A DNA stretch of 64,000 nt from an uncultured Bacteroidota bacterium (GCA_903847585.1 CAINEC010000193.1:52507-116506), one strand, 5' to 3'; shown: positions 19,278 through 30,519, counted from the stretch's first letter. Notes: generated by a model not told the origin, from the letters alone. Program-made: numbers and translations.

Positions 19278-19704
19278 AATATGGTTTAATTGCAATATTT
19301 TTTGAAGGCTTATCAGATAAATACCAGGTATTATTATACTTTATCCACTCACTTTTCATCTGATAAATGTAATCACCTAACCCATCCAACAACCAATATT
19401 GGTCAACAAACACAGTCGCTATTGTTGAGTCATTATTATATTCAATTTTAAGAATCTCGATTTTCTTAAATTTATTGTTGACATTGAACTGCGCATTCCA
19501 GTAAGAAAAATAATCGCCACAAATACTATCACGATTTAATTTAGTTGAAGGAGATATAAAATCATCAACTCGTAGTTTATAAGCTGTTTCTATTAATGAA
19601 GTATTCGAAATTGCATCGTAAAAAAGATTAATGCGAAGATTTAAATCCTGAGCATTAACATGGATTGAAAACATAAGCAATAAGCAAACGAAATATTTTT
19701 TCAT
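19258..19704 (-). CDS. Secreted hypothetical protein, possible NTF2-like fold
   Basis: Signal peptide VNA|Q; C-terminal W..YNNTWY. Confidence 0.55.
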   Translation of the reverse strand: MKKYFVCLLLMFSIHVNAQDLNLRINLFYDAISNTSLIETAYKLRVDDFISPSTKLNRDSICGDYFSYWNAQFNVNNKFKKIEILKIEYNNDSTIATVFVDQYWLLDGLGDYIYQMKSEWIKYNNTWYLSDKPSKNIAIKPYYDDNQK

Positions 19705-19705
19705 A

Positions 19706-20479
19706 TTACAAAATTCCTAGACCTAACAACAAAGCAATACAACTTAAAAATACAATAATTAAGGTTTGTATCGATTTTAAGGTAACTTTCTGAATATATT
19801 TTTTACCAATTAAAGACCCGCTTAGCGCCGCCAATAAAGCTACGAGCATCAGATTTAATTGTGAGTTTAAATTCAAATCAGACCAATTCTGAATATAAAT
19901 CGACAAACGAGAGATATCAACTAAACAAGCTATCAAAACACCTGTGGCGATATATGATTCTTTTGATAATCCAGCCTTCATTAAAAACATCGAGCGTAAT
20001 GCACCTTGATTTCCTGAAAGTCCTCCGAAGAATCCACTAAAGAATCCTCCAATCATATAACTTATTTTACCAGTAACTTTAAATGTCCATTGAGGTACTA
20101 ATTCAACAATAACAAAAACAATCATTAAAAATGAAACAAGCAACTTAACAGGAGTTATAGTAGCATCTATACCAAAAACAGAATACGCATAATTAAATTG
20201 TTGAATAGAGACATAATCTAATAGCTTAGCACCTACAAGCGACATAATAACTGCAGTCAGCGCAAAGGGTAAAGCCACGTTATAAGCTATGTGTTTTCTA
20301 AGCAAGGAAAATTTGAATATGTTATTTGAAAAATGCACAATAGCTGTTAAGGCAATCGACTCCTGCACTGAAAAGAACAAACAGAAAAAGGGTGTTAAAA
20401 TTGTTCCTAATCCAAAGCCAGAAAAGAAAGTCATTATTGCTGCAAAAAAAGCAACTACTGCAATTAGAATTAACATCAC
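19706..20479 (-). CDS. TSUP (TauE/SafE) family transporter
   Basis: FSGFGLGTILTP, GFFGGLSGNQGALRS; multiple TM helices. Confidence 0.85.
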   Translation of the reverse strand: MMLILIAVVAFFAAIMTFFSGFGLGTILTPFFCLFFSVQESIALTAIVHFSNNIFKFSLLRKHIAYNVALPFALTAVIMSLVGAKLLDYVSIQQFNYAYSVFGIDATITPVKLLVSFLMIVFVIVELVPQWTFKVTGKISYMIGGFFSGFFGGLSGNQGALRSMFLMKAGLSKESYIATGVLIACLVDISRLSIYIQNWSDLNLNSQLNLMLVALLAALSGSLIGKKYIQKVTLKSIQTLIIVFLSCIALLLGLGIL

Positions 20480-20488
20480 AATTTAATT

Positions 20489-22135
20489 TTAATTAATACC
20501 AAAGTAATTAGGCTTATCAGTTCCTGAATATTGTACTACCAGATATTTATTTTCTTCAAGATTCTTGAAATAACTTTTGCATACATCATTACACTCCATT
20601 ATCACAAAACGATATTGATGATGATCTAACTTATGATTTAAAATTAATTCACTCTTCAATGATTTATCAATTTCTGGCAAATAACGTTGTTGTGGTTTCA
20701 CTTTATAGTTTAATTGATAATCGATGGTCATCAACAACTGTAAATTAATATCCTCTTGATAATTTTCAATAATGAAATTATTCAAAGCATCGTATACATC
20801 AAACAACGTATGATGATGGAAATCGTACCTGGAATTAAAGTAAACACCTAATTGATGTAAAAAATCGAAAATACTATACTTATCCGCTACATACTTCAGT
20901 GTATGGATTGCTCGCTTTTTATTCCAGTAAACCTCTAATGCTTCTTCGAGTAAAACAATTTGCTCTAACTGATATGCACTTAAGAAATCACTTTTGATAA
21001 TCTGATACGGTGGATTAGGATCGAATTCATAGCCATATTTCTCATGCTTATCACGTACTGGCGTGCCGCGCAAGAATTTCAAAAATCCAAGTTGCAATTC
21101 AGATGGATGTAATGCAAATACCGATTCGAAACTAAACTTGATATCTTCCCATTCATCGAGTGGTAGTCCAACAATTAAATCGAGGTGCATTTCAATAATA
21201 TCATCCAGCTGCTTTATTACAGCTGCTGTTTTATCGAAATTCTGTTTACGACTAACTTCTAAATTCGCTTTTTGATTTACGGTTTGAATTCCTATTTCAA
21301 ATCGAAACACCCCGGGAGGAACATTTTCGCGAATGTATTTTACGATATCAGGATGAACGATATCAGCAGTAATTTCAAACTGATAAATATTTCCAGGCTT
21401 ATGATGCTCTAAAATAAAACTAAACATATCAATGGTAAAATCTCTCTTCACATTGAATGTTCTATCTAAGAATTTAATTACGCGGCCATGATTAATCAAG
21501 TAAAGCAAATTACTTTTTATTGTTTCAATTGGCAGATAGCGTACTTTATTATCTAGAGAAGCTAAACAAAACTCACACTTATACGGACAGCCTCTAGATG
21601 TTTCGATATAACCAACTTTGTTTTTCAACTCTGCAGGATCATCAAATTGATAAGGATTTATTCCAGCATAATTCTTTAAATCGAAAGTGACACTTTGCGG
21701 AATAAAAACCACTTCATTATTTGCATTCTTATGTACAAGGTTTGGAACATTGGATACATCGGGATAATTATTCAGGAAATTTTCCATCGGAATTTCCCCT
21801 TCGCCTACAATAATATAATCGATAAAAGGTTTATTGATGATATCGTCGTATTCATAACTCACTTCAGGTCCGCCTAAAAGAATTTTAATTTCAGGATTGA
21901 TTTCCTTTAACAATTTAGCGACTGCCATTGTAGGAGTAATATTCCAGATATAACAACTAAACGTTACGATATCGAAATCTTTGCAGAATTGAGCAATTGA
22001 TTCAGGCGATTCTTTAATTGTAAATTCTTTAAATGATAGTCCTTGATGACGATCTTTATTCAGACTATACAAAAGTCGTATAGCTAAATTCAGATGAATA
22101 TATTTCGCATTAAGAGTGGTTAGTAATACTTTCAT
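20489..22135 (-). CDS. B12-binding domain radical SAM protein
   Basis: N-terminal cobalamin-binding fold (GGPEVS, GEGE); TSRGCPYKCEFC is CxxxCxxC. Confidence 0.88.
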   Translation of the reverse strand: MKVLLTTLNAKYIHLNLAIRLLYSLNKDRHQGLSFKEFTIKESPESIAQFCKDFDIVTFSCYIWNITPTMAVAKLLKEINPEIKILLGGPEVSYEYDDIINKPFIDYIIVGEGEIPMENFLNNYPDVSNVPNLVHKNANNEVVFIPQSVTFDLKNYAGINPYQFDDPAELKNKVGYIETSRGCPYKCEFCLASLDNKVRYLPIETIKSNLLYLINHGRVIKFLDRTFNVKRDFTIDMFSFILEHHKPGNIYQFEITADIVHPDIVKYIRENVPPGVFRFEIGIQTVNQKANLEVSRKQNFDKTAAVIKQLDDIIEMHLDLIVGLPLDEWEDIKFSFESVFALHPSELQLGFLKFLRGTPVRDKHEKYGYEFDPNPPYQIIKSDFLSAYQLEQIVLLEEALEVYWNKKRAIHTLKYVADKYSIFDFLHQLGVYFNSRYDFHHHTLFDVYDALNNFIIENYQEDINLQLLMTIDYQLNYKVKPQQRYLPEIDKSLKSELILNHKLDHHQYRFVIMECNDVCKSYFKNLEENKYLVVQYSGTDKPNYFGIN

Positions 22136-22153
22136 TTTTCGTTTATCAAAGAA

Positions 22154-22660
22154 TTACTGACTGATTATTTTTTTCATTGGGAAATATTCGTAACGCATCG
22201 TATCCTTTTCCTTTCCTCCTATTGTTGCCAACATCGAATCAGGTGTGAAGAATGTATAAGAAATTACTTGCGGAAAATCGTGGGTTTTATTTTCAAATAC
22301 TAATCGACGATTATTACATTTCTTCAAATAAAAATCTGTTTTATGTTCTTCACCTTTTAACAAGAATGAAGTTGCATAAACATAACTACCAAGATTTTTA
22401 TAAATCTTCATTGTTTCAAAAAACAAAGTATCCTGATTATTCATTAGCACACAATTACCATTATAGACATTTGCATTCTCCATCTTCCAGCATTCTTTCA
22501 TTTGTCCCTCATTCACATAAACCTTCCAATCGCCATTCATTTTCATTATAACGGCATCTTGATTTTTACATGAGTAAAGTGAAATTACCAGACATAAAAC
22601 AACAACTATTCTTAACATAAAATGCATGTACAATATTAACGATATCCTTCCATTAATCAT
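22154..22660 (-). CDS. DUF6265-like lipoprotein
   Basis: Lipobox LYSC; FENKTHDFPQVISY. Confidence 0.65.
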   Translation of the reverse strand: MINGRISLILYMHFMLRIVVVLCLVISLYSCKNQDAVIMKMNGDWKVYVNEGQMKECWKMENANVYNGNCVLMNNQDTLFFETMKIYKNLGSYVYATSFLLKGEEHKTDFYLKKCNNRRLVFENKTHDFPQVISYTFFTPDSMLATIGGKEKDTMRYEYFPMKKIISQ

Positions 22661-23630
22661 CGTGACCTTTCAGAAAAATAGTAGAAACTTTAGATGATTG
22701 GGATAGATTAATTGAGTCAGCTATTTCCGCTTGTAAAACTCCATCATTATTGCCAACTTTCAGCATCGGCATACCTGCATTGACCCACGCAGTATACCAA
22801 AACGAGGCAGTCATTATAATTGCTTTCCGCATTCGTCTTTCGACCATTCCATTTAAAAGATGATTATAAGCCTGAGAATATTCTTTGCTATATACTTTTA
22901 TCACCTGCCTACCTTTAATTTCATAGGAGTACTTCTTGTCCGCATCAAACTGCTTGTTGAGCAAAGCTTCAAGAAATAAAACAGAGTCTTTCGCTGCATA
23001 GCTTTCGCTCAGCGTTTGCCATATAAATGCATTTGGATTATCAATATAAAGCGAACGCCCGATTAGATAATTATAATTATCACCCATCAATTCAGGAATA
23101 CGCGACTCCCAAAATCCGTGAATACCATGCTGACCGGTTAATTGTCCGTTGTAATTACGCGTACAATGCAAGGGCACATGTGCATCACCGATATAATGTC
23201 CGATTTCAGCAGAATACTTTAAAATCTTGTATTCATTTTTCTCTTTAAAAGCATTTGTTAATCGATATAACATGATTTGAATATGATATGGAACAATTCC
23301 ATGCGCTTTCAGCGTATCCTCCCCTATTTTAGCAATGGCATCTTTCCAATTATGCGGCAACGAATCGAAGGGATGATCACCATAACGATCTAAGTCGATA
23401 TAATGCCTTGGAGCCTCTTCAGGATCGGCATAGCGACGCATATCTGGATCAACCGCATGTTTTGTAATAAAATCGATGTTGGCCTTGTAGAATTGAAGAA
23501 GTGGCTGCGGTAAACAATACACCGCCTTTTGATTTATTCGTTGATGTCCCCAGAAACCCCATCCAGTTAATTCAACACTAAAAGCAAAAATGATAACAAC
23601 TAAACTGACTGTAAAAACAAGTTTTTTCAT
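22653..23630 (-). CDS. S1/P1 nuclease / zinc-dependent phospholipase C family protein
   Basis: WGFWGH, HYID, GHYIGDAHVPLH, HGFWES. Confidence 0.88.
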   Translation of the reverse strand: MKKLVFTVSLVVIIFAFSVELTGWGFWGHQRINQKAVYCLPQPLLQFYKANIDFITKHAVDPDMRRYADPEEAPRHYIDLDRYGDHPFDSLPHNWKDAIAKIGEDTLKAHGIVPYHIQIMLYRLTNAFKEKNEYKILKYSAEIGHYIGDAHVPLHCTRNYNGQLTGQHGIHGFWESRIPELMGDNYNYLIGRSLYIDNPNAFIWQTLSESYAAKDSVLFLEALLNKQFDADKKYSYEIKGRQVIKVYSKEYSQAYNHLLNGMVERRMRKAIIMTASFWYTAWVNAGMPMLKVGNNDGVLQAEIADSINLSQSSKVSTIFLKGHDD

Positions 23631-23716
23631 GCCTGCAAAATTGCATCAGGCAAAAGCTAAAAACAATAGTGAAACTAAAGTTAAACGATTATAAATGTTT
23701 GTTGTCGGATAAAAAT

Positions 23717-24448
23717 TTACTGCTTCAGTAAATCGACCATTACACCATTGATAATTCCTGGAACAACAGGTGCTTGATTAGGAGTCAAACAATATTCGAT
23801 ATCCTTATCGATATTTAATTTCTTCAATCGGTTGCGATGCGACGACTCTTCAAGAAATCCATTTAAATCATCTTTAGCTAAAAGGTAAAGTCTTTCAGCG
23901 ATGATTGCAGTATCACGCAAATTTGTGAATTCAAAATCACCACGCATCTGATGCACTACCGCTCCAGCAAAGAGGCTATCTTCCATATTCACAGAATTTT
24001 TCCATCCTGAACAAAGCAGTACAATGTTACCTTCTTGCTTTGACAACCAAGAACACAAAGCATCTAAATTTAAAAATGATCCAACCACAATTTGCTTGGC
24101 ACCCTTTGAAGCTGCAATTGCTTGTGTACCGTTAGTAGTAGTAAGTGCAATATCACGACCTTTCACCTTTTCATCCATATAGCTGAATGGTGAATTACCG
24201 ATATCAAATCCTTCTAACATTTCACCATTACGTTCTGCTCCGATTAAGAATCCTTTTTCTTTGTAAGCAATACTCTCATCGATTGTAGCAACTGGAATTA
24301 TGCAATTCACTCCTTGTGTAAAAGCAACACACATCGAAGACGTAGCACGCAAAACATCAATCACCACTACTGTTGCATTTGATAAATCATGCAAGTGTAT
24401 AAGTGCAGGTGTTAAGCAAACTTCTATCGTACGATTACTTCCCGACAT
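23717..24448 (-). CDS. comB: 2-phosphosulfolactate phosphatase family protein
   Basis: VVIDVLRATS, GNSP, TTTNGT, EDSLFAG. Confidence 0.88.
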   Translation of the reverse strand: MSGSNRTIEVCLTPALIHLHDLSNATVVVIDVLRATSSMCVAFTQGVNCIIPVATIDESIAYKEKGFLIGAERNGEMLEGFDIGNSPFSYMDEKVKGRDIALTTTNGTQAIAASKGAKQIVVGSFLNLDALCSWLSKQEGNIVLLCSGWKNSVNMEDSLFAGAVVHQMRGDFEFTNLRDTAIIAERLYLLAKDDLNGFLEESSHRNRLKKLNIDKDIEYCLTPNQAPVVPGIINGVMVDLLKQ

Positions 24449-24454
24449 ACTTTC

Positions 24455-25558
24455 TTATTGCTGAATAAATGGAGTTTTAACTACTGTTGCTTTAATTTTT
24501 TTATCACGAATAGCAACATAAATATCAGAACCAGGAGTTGCAAAAGCAGTTTGCACATAGCCCATACCGATAGCCTTTTGTAATGATGGCGATTGAGTTC
24601 CTGATGTAACAACACCAATCTCATTTCCTTCGGCATCACAAAGTGTATAACCATGACGAGGAATTCCTTTCTCAATCATTTCAAAGCCGCATAACTTACG
24701 CGTTACTCCGTTATCCTTTTGAGATTTCAATGCATCAGAATTTGTAAATGACTTGGTGAATTTCGTAATCCATCCTAATCCTGCTTCAATAGGAGAAGTT
24801 GTATCGTCAATGTCATTTCCATAAAGACAGAAAGCCATTTCAAGACGCAATGTATCACGAGAACCTAATCCCGCAGGCTTAATACCATAAGCAGCTCCTG
24901 CATTCATCACGGCATCCCAGATTGTTTGTGCATATTGATTTTCGAAATACAATTCAAATCCACCAGCACCCGTGTAACCCGTATTGCTGATAATTACATT
25001 CGGACAACCTGCAAACTCCCCTTTAGTAAAATTGTAATAAGGGATGGAGTTTAAATCAACAGAAGTTAAAGATTGAAGAGCCTGAGATGTCATAGGACCT
25101 TGTACTGCCAAAAGCGATGTTCTATCAGAAATATTATGCATTTCGACACCATCGGTGTTATGCTGGCTGATCCAATTCCAATCTTTATCAATATTACCTG
25201 CATTTACTACAAGCATCCAGTTATTATCTTCTAGCTTATAAACTAAAAGATCATCAACAATACCACCTTCTGCATTTGGCATACAAGAATATTGCGCTTT
25301 CCCTGGAGTCAGCTTAGAAGCATCATTACTTGTAACGCGCTGAATTAAGTCGAGGGCACCCTCCCCTTTCAGGATAAACTCACCCATATGGCTTACATCA
25401 AAAACACCTACAGCCTTACGAACTGTTTCATGCTCAATGTTAATTCCTTCGTATTGAACAGGCATTAAATAACCTGCAAAAGGGACCATTTTCGCATTTA
25501 GCGCTTTATGGGTTTCGGTCAATGCCGTATTTTTTAATTCAGTAGCTACAGTAGACAT
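24455..25558 (-). CDS. gcvT: Glycine cleavage system aminomethyltransferase T
   Basis: [25 protein letters not shown]. Confidence 0.96.
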   Translation of the reverse strand: MSTVATELKNTALTETHKALNAKMVPFAGYLMPVQYEGINIEHETVRKAVGVFDVSHMGEFILKGEGALDLIQRVTSNDASKLTPGKAQYSCMPNAEGGIVDDLLVYKLEDNNWMLVVNAGNIDKDWNWISQHNTDGVEMHNISDRTSLLAVQGPMTSQALQSLTSVDLNSIPYYNFTKGEFAGCPNVIISNTGYTGAGGFELYFENQYAQTIWDAVMNAGAAYGIKPAGLGSRDTLRLEMAFCLYGNDIDDTTSPIEAGLGWITKFTKSFTNSDALKSQKDNGVTRKLCGFEMIEKGIPRHGYTLCDAEGNEIGVVTSGTQSPSLQKAIGMGYVQTAFATPGSDIYVAIRDKKIKATVVKTPFIQQ

Positions 25559-25608
25559 AGTTGATAGTTAAATGAGGACGCTAAAATAATAAATTTAAGG
25601 GTATGACC

Positions 25609-26277
25609 CTATTTACTGAGCTCCTGAAAAGAAATATCATAAATTGGATATTGCTGATAGCCTGAATAATCAAAATGCCACCATTCCGTCGCAAAAAGCT
25701 GAAAACCATTGCATGTCATTGCCTGTTGCAGGAGTTCCACATTCTTTGATTGGAGTTTAGTCCGATCTTTTGAATTAGCTGCTGCTTTTTCAGAAAAATC
25801 ATCATAGGCTGTTGGCATGTCCAAAGACTTACCTGTTTTCAAATCATAAAGGCCTACATCAACGGCACAACCACGATTATGACGAGATCCTTTTTGGGGG
25901 TCAGCTACATAGCGATCATCGTGAATTAAATCCCAGAATTTAACTGTATAACGGTAAGGCCTATACGCATCGTAAATTATCAAACCAACATTATAGGGCT
26001 TAAGGAAGTCAATTACTTTCAAAAGAGCAGTATGCGCATCGAGCGACAAAAATATTGCGGCTGTATCATACACTATTTCATGAGTGAAGTTATCGGAAGT
26101 AGCGTACTTGATATTCTGTTGAATAAAATTACTTTTAAGAGATACGAGCTGAAGTTTAGGAGATGCTTTTACGATGCTATCGTACTGAGATGAGCTTACA
26201 ATAGTTAATTGCGCAAATGAAGTTGTGGCACTTCCCAAAAGTAGAAATACAAAAATTATTTTTAAAAGAAGCTTCAC
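25609..26277 (-). CDS. M15 D-alanyl-D-alanine dipeptidase (VanX/DdpX-like), secreted
   Basis: YDAYRP, SRHNRGCAVD, EWWHF. Confidence 0.88.
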   Translation of the reverse strand: MKLLLKIIFVFLLLGSATTSFAQLTIVSSSQYDSIVKASPKLQLVSLKSNFIQQNIKYATSDNFTHEIVYDTAAIFLSLDAHTALLKVIDFLKPYNVGLIIYDAYRPYRYTVKFWDLIHDDRYVADPQKGSRHNRGCAVDVGLYDLKTGKSLDMPTAYDDFSEKAAANSKDRTKLQSKNVELLQQAMTCNGFQLFATEWWHFDYSGYQQYPIYDISFQELSK

Positions 26278-26283
26278 TTATTT

Positions 26284-27366
26284 TTATTTTGAAGTTAATG
26301 AAGTAAAGTGCTTCACATAATCAGTTTTGATAGCTTCCACTGAGTATTTTTCTTCTACTGTTTTTCTTCCGTTAACAGCACATTTTTCTCTTAATGCAGC
26401 ATCGTCAATTAGTGCACTTATCTTCTCTACCCACTCATCAACTTCTGTGGCCAGCATTCCATTCTCGCCATCCTGAATAATATCAGAATTAACTCCTACC
26501 GGCGACATAATTGTAGCCATTCCTAGAGCCATATATTGAAGTCCTTTTAATCCGCATTTACCTTTTGCCCATTCATCATCAGGAAGTGGCATAATTCCAA
26601 TATCAATCTCTGATAATTCGGCCAGTTCCGTTTCTTTCTTCCAAGCGATACCTTCAATAGATAATTCATCGTTACGATAGGATGCATCACCAATAACTTT
26701 AATCTTGATTTTATCGCCATACTTAGCCTTCAATACTTTCAAGAAAGGAACAGCCATTTCAAAATGACGAATCGTAGTTATTGATCCCGACCAACCAATA
26801 CAAATAACATCAGAATTTTTAAAAGGAACCTGCTGATAGTCGTTTAAGTCGATGGTTGTAGGAATGATGGTTACATTTTTATTAAACTGAGAAGCATAAT
26901 TTGCGAGATACTGATTACCTGCAAAAATCAAATCTGCCATTGCAATTATTTTAGAAGTCTTCTCCGGATTCTTTAACCATCCAAATTTTTTATTGGCTTC
27001 TGAAACATCAAAATGCCAGATGGCATCATCAAAATCGTAAACTACAGGGACGCCTGCTGATGATAATTGCTTTTCGAAGTATGTAGTACCAGTTAGAAAT
27101 GCCTCGCGACAAATAAAAATCAAATCAAATTGTTTGGCACGTTGTACATCCTTCCAGCGAACAAGCACAGACTTCAATAAAATCATTAACTTATTGAACA
27201 AATGACCAGGCTTATAAAAAACAGCATCTGCCTTTTCATCCAACAAAAAAGACACTTCACATTCATACCCTTTTGATTTCAAGAAATCAAGATATTGCTC
27301 AAAACGAAATCGCTGATTAGGTGCGCGATTTAGTCGATGGGCTGTTACGATAAGTACTTTTTTCAC
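26284..27366 (-). CDS. GT4 family glycosyltransferase
   Basis: YDFDDA, IGWSGS, KCGLKGLQYMA..SPVGVN. Confidence 0.88.
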   Translation of the reverse strand: MKKVLIVTAHRLNRAPNQRFRFEQYLDFLKSKGYECEVSFLLDEKADAVFYKPGHLFNKLMILLKSVLVRWKDVQRAKQFDLIFICREAFLTGTTYFEKQLSSAGVPVVYDFDDAIWHFDVSEANKKFGWLKNPEKTSKIIAMADLIFAGNQYLANYASQFNKNVTIIPTTIDLNDYQQVPFKNSDVICIGWSGSITTIRHFEMAVPFLKVLKAKYGDKIKIKVIGDASYRNDELSIEGIAWKKETELAELSEIDIGIMPLPDDEWAKGKCGLKGLQYMALGMATIMSPVGVNSDIIQDGENGMLATEVDEWVEKISALIDDAALREKCAVNGRKTVEEKYSVEAIKTDYVKHFTSLTSK

Positions 27367-27376
27367 TTGATACTAA

Positions 27377-28372
27377 TTAATCTTCTAACCAGATTTTAGG
27401 AAGCTTTTCTGTTATTTCGATATTCTCGAATTTCTGACTTTTTCTGCTTCCCGCTGTTTTTGCCCACTCCGCCATTTTCGCTAAACCATCTTTTAAAGAA
27501 TAGTTAGAAGTAATGTTAAATGCTTTATGTGCTTTTTCATGATCAGCATATGCATGTTGCACTTCGTTACGAGCATCTAAATATCGAATATCAGATTTCA
27601 ATCCCATCACCTCAGACACTGTAGTAGCAAGTTCATTTACTGTAAACTCTTTGTCTGCTCCAATATTAAAAACCTGGTTATAAGCAGCAGGCACATCCAC
27701 GCATTTTGCAATGTATGGAGCCACATCACCAATGTAACTAAACGCACGAGTTTGAGAACCATCTCCAAAAATTGTAAGCGGCAACCCTTGCATTAATTGA
27801 TTCATGAAAATACCAACAACATTACGGTATTTATCACCTAAATTCTGGTATTCTCCATACACATTATGCGGACGGAAAATCACATAATTTAAACCGAACA
27901 TTTCATGCGTGCATTGAAGATCTAATTCAACAGCAAACTTAGAAACGCCGTAAGGATCTTCAGGCATTGGAACTGTCGATTCCTTCATTGGCAATTGTCC
28001 TTTACCATACACAGCAATTGAAGAGGTAAAAACAAAGCATTTTATCTTATGCTTCACCGCTTCATTGATTAAGTTTATACTACCAATCAGGTTATTATTG
28101 TAATTAAAACGTTTGATGAAATGACTTAATCCTTCAGCGGCGTAGGCGGCTAAATGATAGACATAATCAAACTTATATTGATTAAATAAATCTTGAAGTA
28201 ACTTATGGTCGGTAACAGAACCCTCTACAAAAACAGCGTTAGGATTTACATTATCGATAAATCCACCACTTAAATCATCTAGCACAACAACAGTATGTCC
28301 CATTGAAATTAATTCGTTGGTAACATGGGCCCCAATAAATCCAGCCCCTCCGGTAACAAGTGAAACAGCCAT
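27377..28372 (-). CDS. NAD-dependent epimerase/dehydratase
   Basis: VTGGAGFIG and YGVSK; start set at MAVSLV. Confidence 0.9.
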   Translation of the reverse strand: MAVSLVTGGAGFIGAHVTNELISMGHTVVVLDDLSGGFIDNVNPNAVFVEGSVTDHKLLQDLFNQYKFDYVYHLAAYAAEGLSHFIKRFNYNNNLIGSINLINEAVKHKIKCFVFTSSIAVYGKGQLPMKESTVPMPEDPYGVSKFAVELDLQCTHEMFGLNYVIFRPHNVYGEYQNLGDKYRNVVGIFMNQLMQGLPLTIFGDGSQTRAFSYIGDVAPYIAKCVDVPAAYNQVFNIGADKEFTVNELATTVSEVMGLKSDIRYLDARNEVQHAYADHEKAHKAFNITSNYSLKDGLAKMAEWAKTAGSRKSQKFENIEITEKLPKIWLED

Positions 28373-28480
28373 TATTTTTATTTTGAGCAAAGATATAATT
28401 TTTAATGAATGTCGCTTAGCCCGCACTATTTGGTTATAAGAGCGAAATATGACTATTTTTACAGCCTAACAAACCGACAC

Positions 28481-30358
28481 TTGAAGAAGCTTCTGGACAT
28501 CAACCTACCTCGTGTAGTTATTCTGATTGGAGATTTACTGCTATGTATCTTCTCTTTGTTTGTAGCCTATCAATTAAGGTTCAATTTTAATATCCCTCTC
28601 AAGGAAATAAATACATTCAGCTTTGTATTTCCTTTTGTTTTGATTGTACGATTCTCGTCCTTTTTAATTGCAAAGACCTACACAGGTATAATTCGTTATA
28701 CGGGTACTAAGGATGCATTTCGTATTGTTCTGACCTTAGCAGCGGGTTCTGCAATAATGCTGATTAGTAATCTTGTCAGGCATTCTTTAAGTCTTTACTA
28801 CTTAGTTCCATTTTCCATTATTGCCATCGAATTTCTCGTTACTGTTTTTTTAATGATCATTGGAAGATTGTCGGTTAAGGTGGTTTACAGCGAATTGAAA
28901 AACCCATCAAAAGACAAAGCAGGTGTCATTATTTACGGTGCCGGTGATGCAGGAATTATCACTAAGCGCACATTAGATCGCGATAGAGGTACGCGTTATA
29001 AGGTTGTAGCATTTGTGGATGACGACCCTAAAAAAGCAGGAAAAAAAATAGAAGGCGTTGAAATTTACAATAGTAATCAGCTAGAAAAATTGCAGCAGAA
29101 TAATGAAGTAAAACATTTGATTATTTCTATTCAGAACATCACCACTTCTCGTAAACAGCAAATAGTTGATACCTGTTTGAAGTATAATACGCGCATTTTA
29201 AATGTACCGCCTGTACATTCATGGATTAACGGTGAATTAAGCTTTAAGCAAATTAAAAAACTTAAAATTGAAGACTTACTCGGAAGAGATCCTATTCAAC
29301 TTGATCTGAATAAAATTCAACATGAGCTTACAGGTAAAGTTGTATTAGTAACTGGAGCTGCAGGATCTATCGGTAGTGAAATTGTTCGTCAAATAATTCC
29401 ATTTAAACCTAAATTATTAGTGATGCTTGATATGTCAGAGTCGGCATTGTATGATTTAGAATTAGAGGTAAATGACTTAAACACTGATAAAAATTGCAGA
29501 ACAGAAACGGTAATTGGCGACATCAGAAATAAAGATAGAATGCATAATGTGTTCAACACTTTTAAACCAGATATCGTTTATCATGCAGCGGCTTATAAGC
29601 ATGTGCCAGTAATGGAGAATAATCCGAGTGAGTCCATTTTAAATAACGTAAAAGGCACATGTAATCTTGCAGATCTTGCTGTCACTTTTAGAGTTCCAAA
29701 GTTTGTAATGATTAGTACTGACAAGGCGGTTAACCCAACAAACATTATGGGTGCAACAAAACGTATAGCAGAAATTTATTGTCAGTCGCTAAACGACAAC
29801 AACGAACACACTCGCTTTATCACCACAAGATTTGGAAATGTATTAGGCTCTAACGGTAGCGTAATACCGCGATTTAAAAAACAAATTGAATTAGGACTAC
29901 CAATTACTGTTACCGATCCGCATGTGACGCGTTATTTCATGACCATCCCAGAAGCTTGTCAGCTAGTATTAGAAGCAGGTGCCATGGGAACAGGAGGAGA
30001 AATCTTCATCTTTGACATGGGTGAATCGGTGAACATCGCAGAGCTTGCAAAGAAGATGATTCGCTTAAGTGGTTTAGAGCTAGGCAAGGATATACAGATA
30101 GTTTATACTGGATTAAGACCAGGAGAGAAGTTGTATGAAGAGCTCTTAGCTAATGAAGAAAACACATTGCCTACGCATCATAAGAAGATCATGATTGCAA
30201 AGGTGAAGAAGTATAATTTCGAATCGATCAGTAAAGATATTTCTGATTTGATTTCCCTTTTTGGTGCGCAGGACAATGAACAAATCGTTCGTAAGATGAA
30301 GGAGATTGTACCTGAGTTTAAGAGTCAAAATTCGATTTATCAAAAGCTCGACAACTAA
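28481..30358 (+). CDS. Nucleoside-diphosphate sugar 4,6-dehydratase (CapD/PglF/WbpM family)
   Basis: N-terminal TMs, IYGAGDAG, VTGAAGSIGSE, STDKAVNPT, RFGNVLGS, GLRPGEKL; start uncertain (TTG 28481 or ATG 28409). Confidence 0.92.
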   Translation: MKKLLDINLPRVVILIGDLLLCIFSLFVAYQLRFNFNIPLKEINTFSFVFPFVLIVRFSSFLIAKTYTGIIRYTGTKDAFRIVLTLAAGSAIMLISNLVRHSLSLYYLVPFSIIAIEFLVTVFLMIIGRLSVKVVYSELKNPSKDKAGVIIYGAGDAGIITKRTLDRDRGTRYKVVAFVDDDPKKAGKKIEGVEIYNSNQLEKLQQNNEVKHLIISIQNITTSRKQQIVDTCLKYNTRILNVPPVHSWINGELSFKQIKKLKIEDLLGRDPIQLDLNKIQHELTGKVVLVTGAAGSIGSEIVRQIIPFKPKLLVMLDMSESALYDLELEVNDLNTDKNCRTETVIGDIRNKDRMHNVFNTFKPDIVYHAAAYKHVPVMENNPSESILNNVKGTCNLADLAVTFRVPKFVMISTDKAVNPTNIMGATKRIAEIYCQSLNDNNEHTRFITTRFGNVLGSNGSVIPRFKKQIELGLPITVTDPHVTRYFMTIPEACQLVLEAGAMGTGGEIFIFDMGESVNIAELAKKMIRLSGLELGKDIQIVYTGLRPGEKLYEELLANEENTLPTHHKKIMIAKVKKYNFESISKDISDLISLFGAQDNEQIVRKMKEIVPEFKSQNSIYQKLDN

Positions 30359-30407
30359 AAAAGCAATTTAACTATTACTGTGTTTTTCTGATTTGTGAAT
30401 AACTAAA

Positions 30408-30519
30408 CGACAGTAAATGCTTAAAATTTTGGAGTAATACTGTCGATTGATATTTTTGGTTCGGGGGGGGGGCGCCCCCTAAATGAAGATGAATTTTAAA
30501 AGTTGATTTTAAAATCCAT
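30408..30519. other. Three consecutive inverted repeats in a convergent intergenic gap, probably terminator region
   Basis: CGACAGTA..TACTGTCG (30408-30445); G10-CG-C5 (30463-30479); ATGAATTTTAAAA..TTTTAAAATCCAT (30489-30519). Confidence 0.5.

Noticed and set aside
25559..25608. Glycine riboswitch upstream of gcvT
   Set aside because: The gap is only 50 nt and shows no aptamer features
1373..26277. VanY-like and VanX-like genes as a vancomycin resistance cluster
   Set aside because: They are 23 kb apart, with no vanA/vanH ligase or vanRS; ordinary M15 peptidases in a diderm
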